Source of the DNA: a virus
Taxonomy: Duplodnaviria > Caudoviricetes
Strand: one strand, 5' to 3'
Length of the DNA: 64,000 bases
IMG/VR virus record: IMGVR_UViG_2923519811_000002
Location: 32,001-96,000 of that record
Shown here: positions 46,196 to 54,932 of the stretch, one piece after another
Numbering within the stretch: position 1 is the stretch's first letter
Layout: every line of letters begins with the position of its first letter
Position numbers and translations under genes: made by a program
The notes under the pieces: model-generated
The model's database searches: none
Seen by the model: only the letters and a program-made list of their open reading frames with translations
What the model was told of the DNA's origin: nothing

Positions 46196-47221
46196 ATGCA
46201 ATACAAGCCTTACAGTGACTTTGAGAATCTAGTGGGGCGAATGCTACATAAACTAGGATTTACGGTCACTCCAGTTAGCAACTCAGGAACTCCAGACACC
46301 GGACTGGATATGATTGCCGCTCAGGGGCAAGAAAAGATTGGAATTCAAATTAGGTTTTATCGTGCCCCCAGAGTCTCCGAAAGCATCTTAAAGAATGCCA
46401 TACGCACCCTGAGAAACGGCATGGCCCATGCGGGATTGGAAAGGGGCGTACTTGTAACCACGAGCCATATTGGAAACTCAACTCCGTCCCACCCACCGTT
46501 CCTTATCACTGTTTGGGACAGGACAAAGCTTCTTAAAGTCGCAACTGAACACCCTGAATTTTATGATGAATTAATATCGCTACTTGAGATCGGAGCCAGC
46601 GAACTACCCGAAACTCTCGCATCCTCTGGAGTTGCTTCAGGGCCTATCTCGCTAGAGCCATTTTTCGAGCCTGACCCTGAGCCCACCTCGAGAGCCAAAG
46701 AGCTTTCGGAAGACTTAAGAAAACTCCCTTTTGGCAGAGAGTCCGCCCAAGCCTTTGAGGATCTGGGAACAGAAATATTCAAATATCTATTTGAAAATGA
46801 CTTAGCCGGCTGGCTGACTCAAGCAACTACTTCTGACGACCTGAATAGATATGACTGCGTCTGCCGAATAAAGGGCGTCTCGCTATTTTGGGAATTCATT
46901 CTTCACAACATCAACAGCCGCTATCTTGTTTTAGAATTCAAAAACTATTCGAGCGAAATTGATCAAGGACAAGTCTTAACGACCGAAAAATATCTTTATC
47001 GAAACGGACTACGAACTTTTGCAATAATCTGCGCGCGAAAAGGGGCTTCCAGCAGCGCAATAAAAATGGCACAGGGCGCGATGAGAGAGAATGGAAAACT
47101 GATTTTGATTTTGAGTGACGAAAACCTCCAAGAGATGCTCAAATTAAAGGAGACTGGGCGCGAGCCTTCGGACTATCTATTTGACCTGGTAGATGAATTC
47201 CTAATGAAGCTCCCTCGCTGA
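46196..47221 (+). CDS. Mrr-like restriction endonuclease with two PD-(D/E)xK-type domains
   Basis: FE.LV..ML.KLGF...D.GLD...IQ; second FE.L...IF...RYD...LEFKNY; AT-rich. Confidence 0.75.
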   Translation: MQYKPYSDFENLVGRMLHKLGFTVTPVSNSGTPDTGLDMIAAQGQEKIGIQIRFYRAPRVSESILKNAIRTLRNGMAHAGLERGVLVTTSHIGNSTPSHPPFLITVWDRTKLLKVATEHPEFYDELISLLEIGASELPETLASSGVASGPISLEPFFEPDPEPTSRAKELSEDLRKLPFGRESAQAFEDLGTEIFKYLFENDLAGWLTQATTSDDLNRYDCVCRIKGVSLFWEFILHNINSRYLVLEFKNYSSEIDQGQVLTTEKYLYRNGLRTFAIICARKGASSSAIKMAQGAMRENGKLILILSDENLQEMLKLKETGREPSDYLFDLVDEFLMKLPR

Positions 47222-47316
47222 CACTACTAGCCTCATCTATTAACTCTGTATGTAAAGCGAGTCGCTACAATTTGGCTTAGCTGTTCAAAGCTGACGATGC
47301 CGCCATCCTAGGCGGC

Positions 47317-47901
47317 ATGAACAACTTCGCCACCCTCGCCCGCCTGCTGGAAAACCTCATCCGCCTCGGCACCGTCGCCGAGGTGGACCATGCCGCTGCG
47401 CGGGTGCGGGTGCAGAGCGGGCAACTGCTCACCGGCTGGCTGCCCTGGCTGGCCCCTCGCGCCGGGGCCGACCGGGAGTGGAACCCGCCCACCCCGGGCG
47501 AGCAGGTCCTGGTGCTCAGCCCCTCGGGGCAGACGGCCCAGGGCGTGGTGCTCTGCGGCCTGTTCAGTACGGCCATGCCCGCCAATGGCGACCGCCCCGC
47601 CCTGCAGCGCATCACCTACCGCGACGGCGCGGTGATCGAGTACGACAGCGCCGCCCACCACCTGCGCGCCATCCTGCCGGCTGGCGGCAGCACCGAGCTG
47701 GTGAGCACCGGCGGCATCAGCATCACCGGCGACATCACCCACCAGGGCAACTACACCCAGACCGGGGACTACACCCAGGCCGGCAGCCAGAACGTTGCCG
47801 GCACCGTCACCGTGAGCGCCGACGTGGTCGCCGCCGGCGTGAGCCTGGTCAACCACGTGCACCTGGGCAACCTGGGCGCCCCCACGAGCCCGCCGCTATG
47901 A
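47317..47901 (+). CDS. Baseplate spike (gpV)
   Basis: NLIRLGTV, TGWLPW..RAG, P..GEQV, C-terminal HVH. Confidence 0.93.
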   Translation: MNNFATLARLLENLIRLGTVAEVDHAAARVRVQSGQLLTGWLPWLAPRAGADREWNPPTPGEQVLVLSPSGQTAQGVVLCGLFSTAMPANGDRPALQRITYRDGAVIEYDSAAHHLRAILPAGGSTELVSTGGISITGDITHQGNYTQTGDYTQAGSQNVAGTVTVSADVVAAGVSLVNHVHLGNLGAPTSPPL

Positions 47902-48242
47902 ACCGCCACACCGGGGCCGCCATCAGCCGGCGCGAGCACATCCGCCAGAGCATCGGCGACATCGTCACCACCCGCATCGGCAGCCGCGTGCAGCGCCGGG
48001 AGTACGGCTGCCTGCTGGTGGACCTGATCGACCAGCCCGGCAACGCCGCCACCCTGCTGCGCTGCTACGCCGCCATCGCCATGGCCCTCATGCGCTGGGA
48101 GCCGCGCGTGCGCGTGGACCGCGTGCAGCTCACCCAGCTCAGCCAGGCCGGGCAGTACGTGCTGGAACTGGAGATCACCGACCGGGAAAGCCTGGACGCC
48201 GGCAGCCTGAGCGTGCCGCTCAACCTGGGGGCCGTGGCATGA
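47898..48242 (+). CDS. Baseplate protein (gpW)
   Basis: HI.QSI.DI..T.IGSRV.RREYG, RWEPR. Confidence 0.93.
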   Translation: MNRHTGAAISRREHIRQSIGDIVTTRIGSRVQRREYGCLLVDLIDQPGNAATLLRCYAAIAMALMRWEPRVRVDRVQLTQLSQAGQYVLELEITDRESLDAGSLSVPLNLGAVA

Positions 48243-49138
48243 AGACCTTTACCCCCATCGACCTGGCCCAACTGCCCGACCCCAAGGTGGTGGAGCAGCT
48301 GGACTACGAGCAGATCCTGGAGCAGCGCAAGGCCGCGCTGCTGGCCCTGTGGCCCGAGGCCGAGCGCGCGGAGATCGCCGCGCGCATGGCGCTGGAGTCC
48401 GACCCGCTCAACAAGCTGCTGCAGGAGAACGCCTACCGCGAACTGGTCTGGCGGCAGCGGGTCAACGAGGCCGCCCTGGCCACCCTGCTGGCCAAGGCCC
48501 GGGGCGCCGACCTGGACCAGGTGGCCGCCAACTACAACGTGCGCCGCCTGGTGGTGACGCCCGCCACCGACCAGGCCCCGGCGGTGATGGAGGGTGACGA
48601 CGCCCTGCGCGAGCGCGCGCAGATGGCCTTCGAGGGCCTGAGCACCGCCGGCCCGCGCAACGCCTACGTCTACCACGCCCGCAGCGCCGACGGCCGGGTG
48701 GCCGATGCCACCGCCGTGAGCCCGGCCCCGGCCGAGGTGGTGGTCACCGTGCAGGCCCTGGCCGGCGACGGCAGCGCCCCGGCGGACCTGCTGGCGGGGG
48801 TGCTCGCCGCCCTCTCCGACGAGGACGTGCGCCCGGTGGCCGACCGCGTCACCGTGCAAGGCGCGCAGATCCTCCCCTACAGCGTCACCGCCACCCTCTA
48901 CCTGGCCAGCACCGGCCCCGAGGCCGAGCCCATCCTGGCGGCGGCCGAGGCCCGTTGCCGGGCCCTGGTCAACGCCCGCCGGCGCCTGGGGGTGGAGGTT
49001 TCCGCCTCGGCCGTGCATGCCGCGTTGCACGTGGAGGGGGTGCGCAAGGTGCAGCTCAACGGCTGGGCCGACATCGTGCCCATGGCCTACCAGGCCGGGT
49101 ACTGCACCGGCATCCACCTCAGCCTGGCGTCACTGTGA
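48239..49138 (+). CDS. Baseplate protein (gpJ)
   Basis: IDL.QLP.P.VVE.LDYE, STAGP..AY, VRPVADRV. Confidence 0.95.
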   Translation: MKTFTPIDLAQLPDPKVVEQLDYEQILEQRKAALLALWPEAERAEIAARMALESDPLNKLLQENAYRELVWRQRVNEAALATLLAKARGADLDQVAANYNVRRLVVTPATDQAPAVMEGDDALRERAQMAFEGLSTAGPRNAYVYHARSADGRVADATAVSPAPAEVVVTVQALAGDGSAPADLLAGVLAALSDEDVRPVADRVTVQGAQILPYSVTATLYLASTGPEAEPILAAAEARCRALVNARRRLGVEVSASAVHAALHVEGVRKVQLNGWADIVPMAYQAGYCTGIHLSLASL

Positions 49139-49755
49139 TGGCCCGCCCGCTGCTGCCCGGCAACGCCACCGCCCTGGAGCGCCTCGCCACCCAGGCCCTG
49201 GCCGAGATCGAGCGGGTCCCGGTGCCCATCCGCGACCTGGTGAGCCCCGAGCGCTGCCCGGTGGCCTTGCTGCCCTACCTGGCCTGGGCGTTCTCCGTGG
49301 ACCGCTGGGAAGCCGGCTGGAGCGAGGCCACCAAGCGCCAGGTGATCCGCTCCGCGTGGTTCGTGCACGCCCACAAGGGCACCATCGGTGCCCTGCGCCG
49401 GGTGGTGGAGCCGCTGGGCTACCTGATCCGCGTCACCGAGTGGTGGCAGACCACGCCAGCAGGCCCGCGCGGCACCTTCGCGCTGGACATCGGCGTGCTG
49501 GACTCCGGCATCACCGAGGCCATGTACGAATCCCTCACGCTGCTGATCGACGACGCCAAGCCCCTGAGCCGGCACCTCACCGGCCTGGCCATCAGCCTGG
49601 AAGCACGCGGCGCCGTTGCCCTTGGCGCGGCGGTGCTGGATGGCGAAACCCTCACCGTCTACCCCTACGCCCCCGGCCCCATCGAGGTCAGCAGCCCCAC
49701 GCTGGTGGCCGGCGGGACCTCCCACCTCATCGACACCCTGAGCGTATACCCATGA
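49138..49755 (+). CDS. Tail protein (gpI)
   Basis: LLP.NAT.LE, CP..LLPYLAWAFSVD.W, HKGT. Confidence 0.95.
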   Translation: MARPLLPGNATALERLATQALAEIERVPVPIRDLVSPERCPVALLPYLAWAFSVDRWEAGWSEATKRQVIRSAWFVHAHKGTIGALRRVVEPLGYLIRVTEWWQTTPAGPRGTFALDIGVLDSGITEAMYESLTLLIDDAKPLSRHLTGLAISLEARGAVALGAAVLDGETLTVYPYAPGPIEVSSPTLVAGGTSHLIDTLSVYP

Positions 49756-51155
49756 GCCAGACCTACTACGCCATCCTCACCGCCCTCGGCGAGGCCAAGC
49801 TGGCCAACGCCGCCGCCCTCAACCAGCCCCTGCAGATCAGCGACATGGCCGTCGGCGACGGCAACGGCAGCCTGCCTAACCCGGACCGCACCCAGACGGC
49901 CCTGGCGCGCGAGACCTACCGGGCCAACCTCAACACCCTGCAGGTGGACCCGGCCAACGCCAGCCAGGTCATCGCCGAGCTGGTCATCCCCGAGACGGTC
50001 GGCGGCTGGTGGATCCGCGAGCTGGGCCTGTACGACGCCGCCGGCGCCCTGGTGGCCGTGGCCAACTGCCCGCCCAGCTACAAGCCGCAGCTGGCCGAGG
50101 GCAGCGGTCGCACCCAGGTGCTGCGCATGGTGCTGGTGGTGAGCAGTACCAGCGCCGTGGAGCTGAAGATCGACCCCAGCGTGGTGCTGGCGACACGGGC
50201 CTACGTGGATACCGCCGTCACCAGCCACCAGGGTGCCGCCGACCCGCACCCGCAGTACACCACCGAGTCAGAGGTCGCGGCGATGATCGCCGCCGAAATG
50301 AACAGCCGCGACAGCAAGCAGAGCGCGCTGTACACCACCACCGCCGCCATCAACCTCAACGGGCTCGCGACCCAGGCCGGTGGCGACTGGGCCACCGCGC
50401 TGATCGCGGGGGATCGGATACTGGTGAAGGACCAGGCAGCCGGCGCCAGCAACGGCCTGTATGTGGCAGCCGCCGGCGCCTGGGCCCGGGCGACCGATGC
50501 CGACGCCTCCAGCATGGTGACGCCTGGGATGCTGGTCACCATCGAGGCCGGAACCGTGCTGGCGGACACCGTGTGGGAACTCACCACCAACGGCCCCATC
50601 GTGCTCGGCTCCACCGCGCTCACCTTCGAGCTGACGGCCGCCCTGAACGCCACTCAGGCCGACGCCGAGACCGGCACCAACAACGTCCGCCGCATGACGG
50701 CCCTGCGTGTGTTCCAGGCCATGCGCTCTGCTGCAGCTTCGGCCACCGAGCTGCTGCGCGGCGTGCTGCGGGTCGGCACTCAGGCCGAAGTGAACGCCGG
50801 CGCCCTGGACGACGTGGCCGTCACCCCGAAGAAACTGCGCTGGGGATTCGCCATCAGCCTCGCAGCCAATGGCTACGTCATGTTCCCTTCGTGGCTGGGC
50901 GGCCTCGTCCTGCAGTGGGGGCTCTCTTCGGTGATTACCTATGACAGCCGCGTCACTGTCAGCTATCCGATTGAGTTCCCGACGGCTTGCCTGGTCGCAC
51001 TCGCAAACTACAAGAGCAACGACACAACACTCGACCACTGCCAATCATATGGAGTGGCAAAGCTCACGAAGTCGAATTTCATGATCGAAAACCAGTGGGT
51101 CTACAACGGCGGCGCCGCAAATTTCCCTGCCACCTGGATCGCCATCGGCTATTAA
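49752..51155 (+). CDS. Tail fibre (gpH)
   Basis: ILT..GEAKLA, MAVGDG.G, GGWWIRE.GL, PSVVLATR.YV; C-terminal LVLQWG...WIAIGY. Confidence 0.93.
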   Translation: MSQTYYAILTALGEAKLANAAALNQPLQISDMAVGDGNGSLPNPDRTQTALARETYRANLNTLQVDPANASQVIAELVIPETVGGWWIRELGLYDAAGALVAVANCPPSYKPQLAEGSGRTQVLRMVLVVSSTSAVELKIDPSVVLATRAYVDTAVTSHQGAADPHPQYTTESEVAAMIAAEMNSRDSKQSALYTTTAAINLNGLATQAGGDWATALIAGDRILVKDQAAGASNGLYVAAAGAWARATDADASSMVTPGMLVTIEAGTVLADTVWELTTNGPIVLGSTALTFELTAALNATQADAETGTNNVRRMTALRVFQAMRSAAASATELLRGVLRVGTQAEVNAGALDDVAVTPKKLRWGFAISLAANGYVMFPSWLGGLVLQWGLSSVITYDSRVTVSYPIEFPTACLVALANYKSNDTTLDHCQSYGVAKLTKSNFMIENQWVYNGGAANFPATWIAIGY

Positions 51156-51166
51156 CGGAGAGCACC

Positions 51167-51754
51167 ATGCAACGCTTCTACAGCCAGGAAACCGGAAACA
51201 CCTACCTGCAGGGAGTTCACCAAATCCCCGCCGGGGCCGTCCCGATCCCCGAAGACCGTTACCTCGCCGTCATCGCCAACCCGCAGCCCGGCATGGTGAG
51301 GTCACATGACGCCGAAGGACTCCCTATCCTGGTCGTTCCGCCTGCCCTTCAGCCCAGTGCCGGCGCTTTGTGCGCCCGCATCGACACCGCCGCCGACGCG
51401 GCCCGCCGCACCGTGGCCGGCGACCCCCTGCGCGCCGTGGAGTACGAGCGCGCCGCCGCCGAGGCCGAGGCCTTCGCCGCCGCCGACTACCAGGGCGAGG
51501 TACCGCGCAGCGTTGCCGCCTGGGCCATCAACGGGCGCACCCCGCGCCAGGCTGCCGACAGCATCCTGGCCGAGGCCGCCGCCTACACCGAAGCGCTGTA
51601 CCAGATCCGCGAGACACGCCTGCAGGCCAAGGAGCTGATCCGCCAGGCCATGGCGGAAGGCGACAGCGCCCAGGCCGAGGAGATTGCTGCCGAGACCGTT
51701 GCCGCCATCGAAGCCGCCGTACAGGGGAGAGGCAAAGGTACCGAGGCAACGTGA
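51167..51754 (+). CDS. Tail fibre assembly/chaperone (gpG-like)
   Basis: Follows H; GLPIL, ID.AAD.AR, EY..A..EA. Confidence 0.75.
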   Translation: MQRFYSQETGNTYLQGVHQIPAGAVPIPEDRYLAVIANPQPGMVRSHDAEGLPILVVPPALQPSAGALCARIDTAADAARRTVAGDPLRAVEYERAAAEAEAFAAADYQGEVPRSVAAWAINGRTPRQAADSILAEAAAYTEALYQIRETRLQAKELIRQAMAEGDSAQAEEIAAETVAAIEAAVQGRGKGTEAT

Positions 51755-51822
51755 TAGCCATTTGCAGTCAATCAGTTACGGCTATTAGCATCGGCGCCGC
51801 CTCTCAACAACAAGGAGCCGTT

Positions 51823-52587
51823 ATGAGTTCACGCAAGCCCAAGAGCCGCACCAGGCTGCCCAGCAAGCAGAAGCAACCTACCCGCATGCAGGTGTTCTGC
51901 AAGAAGTACGAAGACTTTGTGCTGCTGCCCTACTTCGTGTGGTTCTTGAATGCCTTCGGCATGGGCGGGGTGGATCGCCTGATCTCCAAGCACGCCAACG
52001 ACTACGCCCTTGAGCGCCTGGAACGGCTGATCGAAGAGCTGCAGCGAAAAATCGACAGCAACCTGCTCCAACCAGGCTCAGAAGAATTCGTCGCCGCGCT
52101 GCACCAGAGCATCAACGCGCTGATGGAAACCACCAGCACCGAGAAAGCCAAACTCTTTGCCGTGGTGCTGGCTGATACCTGGAACAGCGCCAACGCCAGC
52201 TGGACCGAGGTATCCCAGACGCTGAAACTGATTCGTGAGCTGGAAGACGTCCACATCATGCTGCTCAGAGAGGCGCTGAAGGTTCACAACACCCTCGGCC
52301 CGCAGGCGACATTCACCGTCAGCAAGCGCTACCCGCGCAGCACCCCGATTGATCTCCGGCTGCCCAACGTGAGCACTGAGCTGCTGGAACTCTGCGTATC
52401 CGACCTGATCGCCAAGGGGCTGATCAACGACTCATTCGTCGATAACGAGGCAATGAGTACCGCCGAGCGCTTCGCCTCAATGAGGCCGGGCCGGCTGGTC
52501 TATTGCATTTCGGAGCTGGGCATCTGGTTCCTCCAGCGCCTGCACGAAACCACCTCCGAGCCGACGACAGCGCTGGCGACCCACTGA
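51823..52587 (+). CDS. Cargo protein, Abi-alpha/DUF4393-like (tentative)
   Basis: 254 aa; SEEF...EK..LFA.VL; C-terminal wHTH-like DLIAKGLI...ISELG..F. Confidence 0.6.
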   Translation: MSSRKPKSRTRLPSKQKQPTRMQVFCKKYEDFVLLPYFVWFLNAFGMGGVDRLISKHANDYALERLERLIEELQRKIDSNLLQPGSEEFVAALHQSINALMETTSTEKAKLFAVVLADTWNSANASWTEVSQTLKLIRELEDVHIMLLREALKVHNTLGPQATFTVSKRYPRSTPIDLRLPNVSTELLELCVSDLIAKGLINDSFVDNEAMSTAERFASMRPGRLVYCISELGIWFLQRLHETTSEPTTALATH

Positions 52588-52714
52588 CCGATACGCCCCG
52601 GCCCGCCGGGGCGTTCCCACTCTGTAACCCCCTCCCCTACAACCCCCGCCGCTCGCCGCGCCGTCGCGCGCGCGGCAGCCTGTGCCCTGTCATTCCACAA
52701 CGCAGGCACCGACC

Positions 52715-53902
52715 ATGGCCGACTACCTCCACGGTGTGCGCGTCCTCGAAATCAACGAGGGCACGCGCCCGATCCGCACCATCCCCACCGCCGTCATCGG
52801 CCTGGTCTGCACCGGCGCGGACGCCGACAACGCGACCTTCCCCCTCGACACCCCGGTGCTCATCACCAACGTGCAGACCGCTGTCGGCAAGGCCGGCACC
52901 CAGGGCACCCTGGCCGCCAGCCTGCAGGCCATCGCCGACCAGACCAAGCCGCTGACCATCGTGGTGCGCGTGGCGGACGGCACCGGCGAGACCGAGGCGC
53001 AGAAGGCCGCCTCGCTCAAGTCCCACCTCATCGGCACCACCACCGCCGACGGCAAGTACACCGGCATGAAGGCATTGATGGCCGCCAAGGGAAGATTGGG
53101 CGTGGTGCCGCGCATCCTCGGGGTGCCGGGGCTGGACAGCCAGGAGGTGGCCGCCGCCCTGGTGAGCATCGCCCAGTCCCTGCGCGCCTTCGCCTACCTC
53201 AGCGCCCACGGCTGCAAGACCAAGGAAGAGGCTGTCGCCTACCGCAACAACTTCGGCGCCCGCGAGTGCATGGTGATCTGGCCCGACTTCCAGCGCTGGA
53301 GCACCACCGAGAGCGCCACCGTCACCGCCCCGGCGGTGGCCATCGCCCTGGGCCTGCGGGCCAAGATCGACCAGGAGATCGGCTGGCACAAGACGCTCTC
53401 CAACGTTGCCGTGGACGGCGTCACCGGCATCAGCGCCGACGTCTGGTGGGACCTGCAGAACCCCGCCACCGACGCCAACTACCTCAACAGCAACGAGGTC
53501 ACCACCCTCATCCAGGAGGCCGGCTTCCGCTTCTGGGGCTCGCGCACCTGCTCCGCAGACCCGCTCTTCGCCTTCGAGAACTACACCCGCACCGCCCAGG
53601 TGCTGGCCGACACCATGGCCGAGGCGCACTTCTGGGCCGTGGACAAGCCCATGACCCCGGGCCTGATCAAGGACATCATCGCCGGCATCAACGCCAAGCT
53701 CCGCGAGCTGAAGGCCGCCGGCTACATCATTGACGGCCAGGCCTGGTACGACCCCGAGGCCAACGACAAGGACACCCTCAAGGCCGGCAAGCTGTTCATC
53801 GACTACGACTACACCCCCGTGCCGCCGCTGGAGGACCTCACCTTCAAGCAGCGCATCACCGACCGCTACCTGGTCGACTACGCCGCCCAGATCAACGCCT
53901 GA
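52715..53902 (+). CDS. Tail sheath (gpFI)
   Basis: YLHGVRV.E, PRILGVPG, GWHKTLSN, GFRFWGSRT. Confidence 0.96.
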   Translation: MADYLHGVRVLEINEGTRPIRTIPTAVIGLVCTGADADNATFPLDTPVLITNVQTAVGKAGTQGTLAASLQAIADQTKPLTIVVRVADGTGETEAQKAASLKSHLIGTTTADGKYTGMKALMAAKGRLGVVPRILGVPGLDSQEVAAALVSIAQSLRAFAYLSAHGCKTKEEAVAYRNNFGARECMVIWPDFQRWSTTESATVTAPAVAIALGLRAKIDQEIGWHKTLSNVAVDGVTGISADVWWDLQNPATDANYLNSNEVTTLIQEAGFRFWGSRTCSADPLFAFENYTRTAQVLADTMAEAHFWAVDKPMTPGLIKDIIAGINAKLRELKAAGYIIDGQAWYDPEANDKDTLKAGKLFIDYDYTPVPPLEDLTFKQRITDRYLVDYAAQINA

Positions 53903-53947
53903 CCCACGTCCGGCGCGGATCTGGCCGCGCCGTAGGAGAGCGCCCCC

Positions 53948-54463
53948 ATGGCCCTGCCCAGCAAACTCAAGAACATGATGCTGTACGTCGACGGCAACTC
54001 GTACGGCGGCGTCTGCAAATCCGTCACCGTGCCGGTGCTCGCCCGCAAGATGGAGGCCTTCCGGGGCGGCGGCATGAACGGCCCGGTCAAGGTGGACCTC
54101 GGCTTCAGCGACGACGGCCTGCAGATCGAATGGACCCTCGGCGGCCTCGACGTAGCGGTGCTGAAGCAATACGGCGCCGTGGGCGCCGCCGCGATCCCCC
54201 TGCGCTGGGCCGGCGCCTACCAGCGCGACGACACCGGCCAGGTCATGGCGGTGGAGATCCAGGTGCGCGGCCGGCACGAGACCATCGACAGCGGCGAGGC
54301 CACCCCGGGCGAAGACACCGAGGTGAAGATCACCAGCGCCCTCAGCTACTACAAGCTCACCATCGACAACGCCGAAGTGGTCGAGATCGACCTGCTCAAT
54401 TTCATCGAGAAGGTGGACGGCAAGGACCTGCTCGAAGCCCAGCGCCAGGCCCTGGGCCTGTAA
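53948..54463 (+). CDS. Tail tube (gpFII)
   Basis: MALP.KLK, RGGGMNG, EIDLLN. Confidence 0.95.
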   Translation: MALPSKLKNMMLYVDGNSYGGVCKSVTVPVLARKMEAFRGGGMNGPVKVDLGFSDDGLQIEWTLGGLDVAVLKQYGAVGAAAIPLRWAGAYQRDDTGQVMAVEIQVRGRHETIDSGEATPGEDTEVKITSALSYYKLTIDNAEVVEIDLLNFIEKVDGKDLLEAQRQALGL

Positions 54464-54507
54464 CCCCCGCGCCCCGCGCGGGGCGCCCCGACCCCGAGGA
54501 ATCCCCC

Positions 54508-54804
54508 ATGAGCACGAACCCCAACAGCGTCGAGCTGGAAACCCCCATCAAGCGTGGCGAGCACACCTTCGCCAGGATCGAGCTGCGCAAACCCACCGCC
54601 GGCGAGCTGCGCGGCGTGCACCTGGCCGAGCTGGTCCAGCTCGACGTGGACAGCCTGATCAAGGTCATCCCGCGCGTCAGCGTACCCACCCTTACCGACC
54701 ACGAGGTGCGCGGCCTGGACCCGGCCGACCTGCTCGCCCTGGGCGCCAAGGTGGTGGCTTTTTTGCTGCCGAAGGCGGCGATGGACAGCTCCCCCGCCGC
54801 GTAG
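54508..54804 (+). CDS. Tail assembly chaperone (gpE)
   Basis: PIKRG, LRKP.AG.LRG, LDPADL; TTTTTTG slippery site at 54759. Confidence 0.92.
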   Translation: MSTNPNSVELETPIKRGEHTFARIELRKPTAGELRGVHLAELVQLDVDSLIKVIPRVSVPTLTDHEVRGLDPADLLALGAKVVAFLLPKAAMDSSPAA

Positions 54805-54812
54805 AGGACGCC

Positions 54813-54932
54813 ATGGCGGACATCGCCGTGGTGTTCCACTGGGCCCCGGCCGACATGGACGGGCTCACCCTCACCGAACTGACCGAATGGCGCGAGCGCG
54901 CCCGGCTACGGAGCCAGCCAGATGGCCGCTGA
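54813..54932 (+). CDS. gpE' extension (-1 frameshift)
   Basis: MADIAVVFHW.P...EL.EWRERA in the -1 frame of E. Confidence 0.85.
   Translation: MADIAVVFHWAPADMDGLTLTELTEWRERARLRSQPDGR

Noticed and set aside
49752-52587. Invertible tail-fibre cassette
   Set aside because: No invertase, second fibre end or flanking inverted repeats seen
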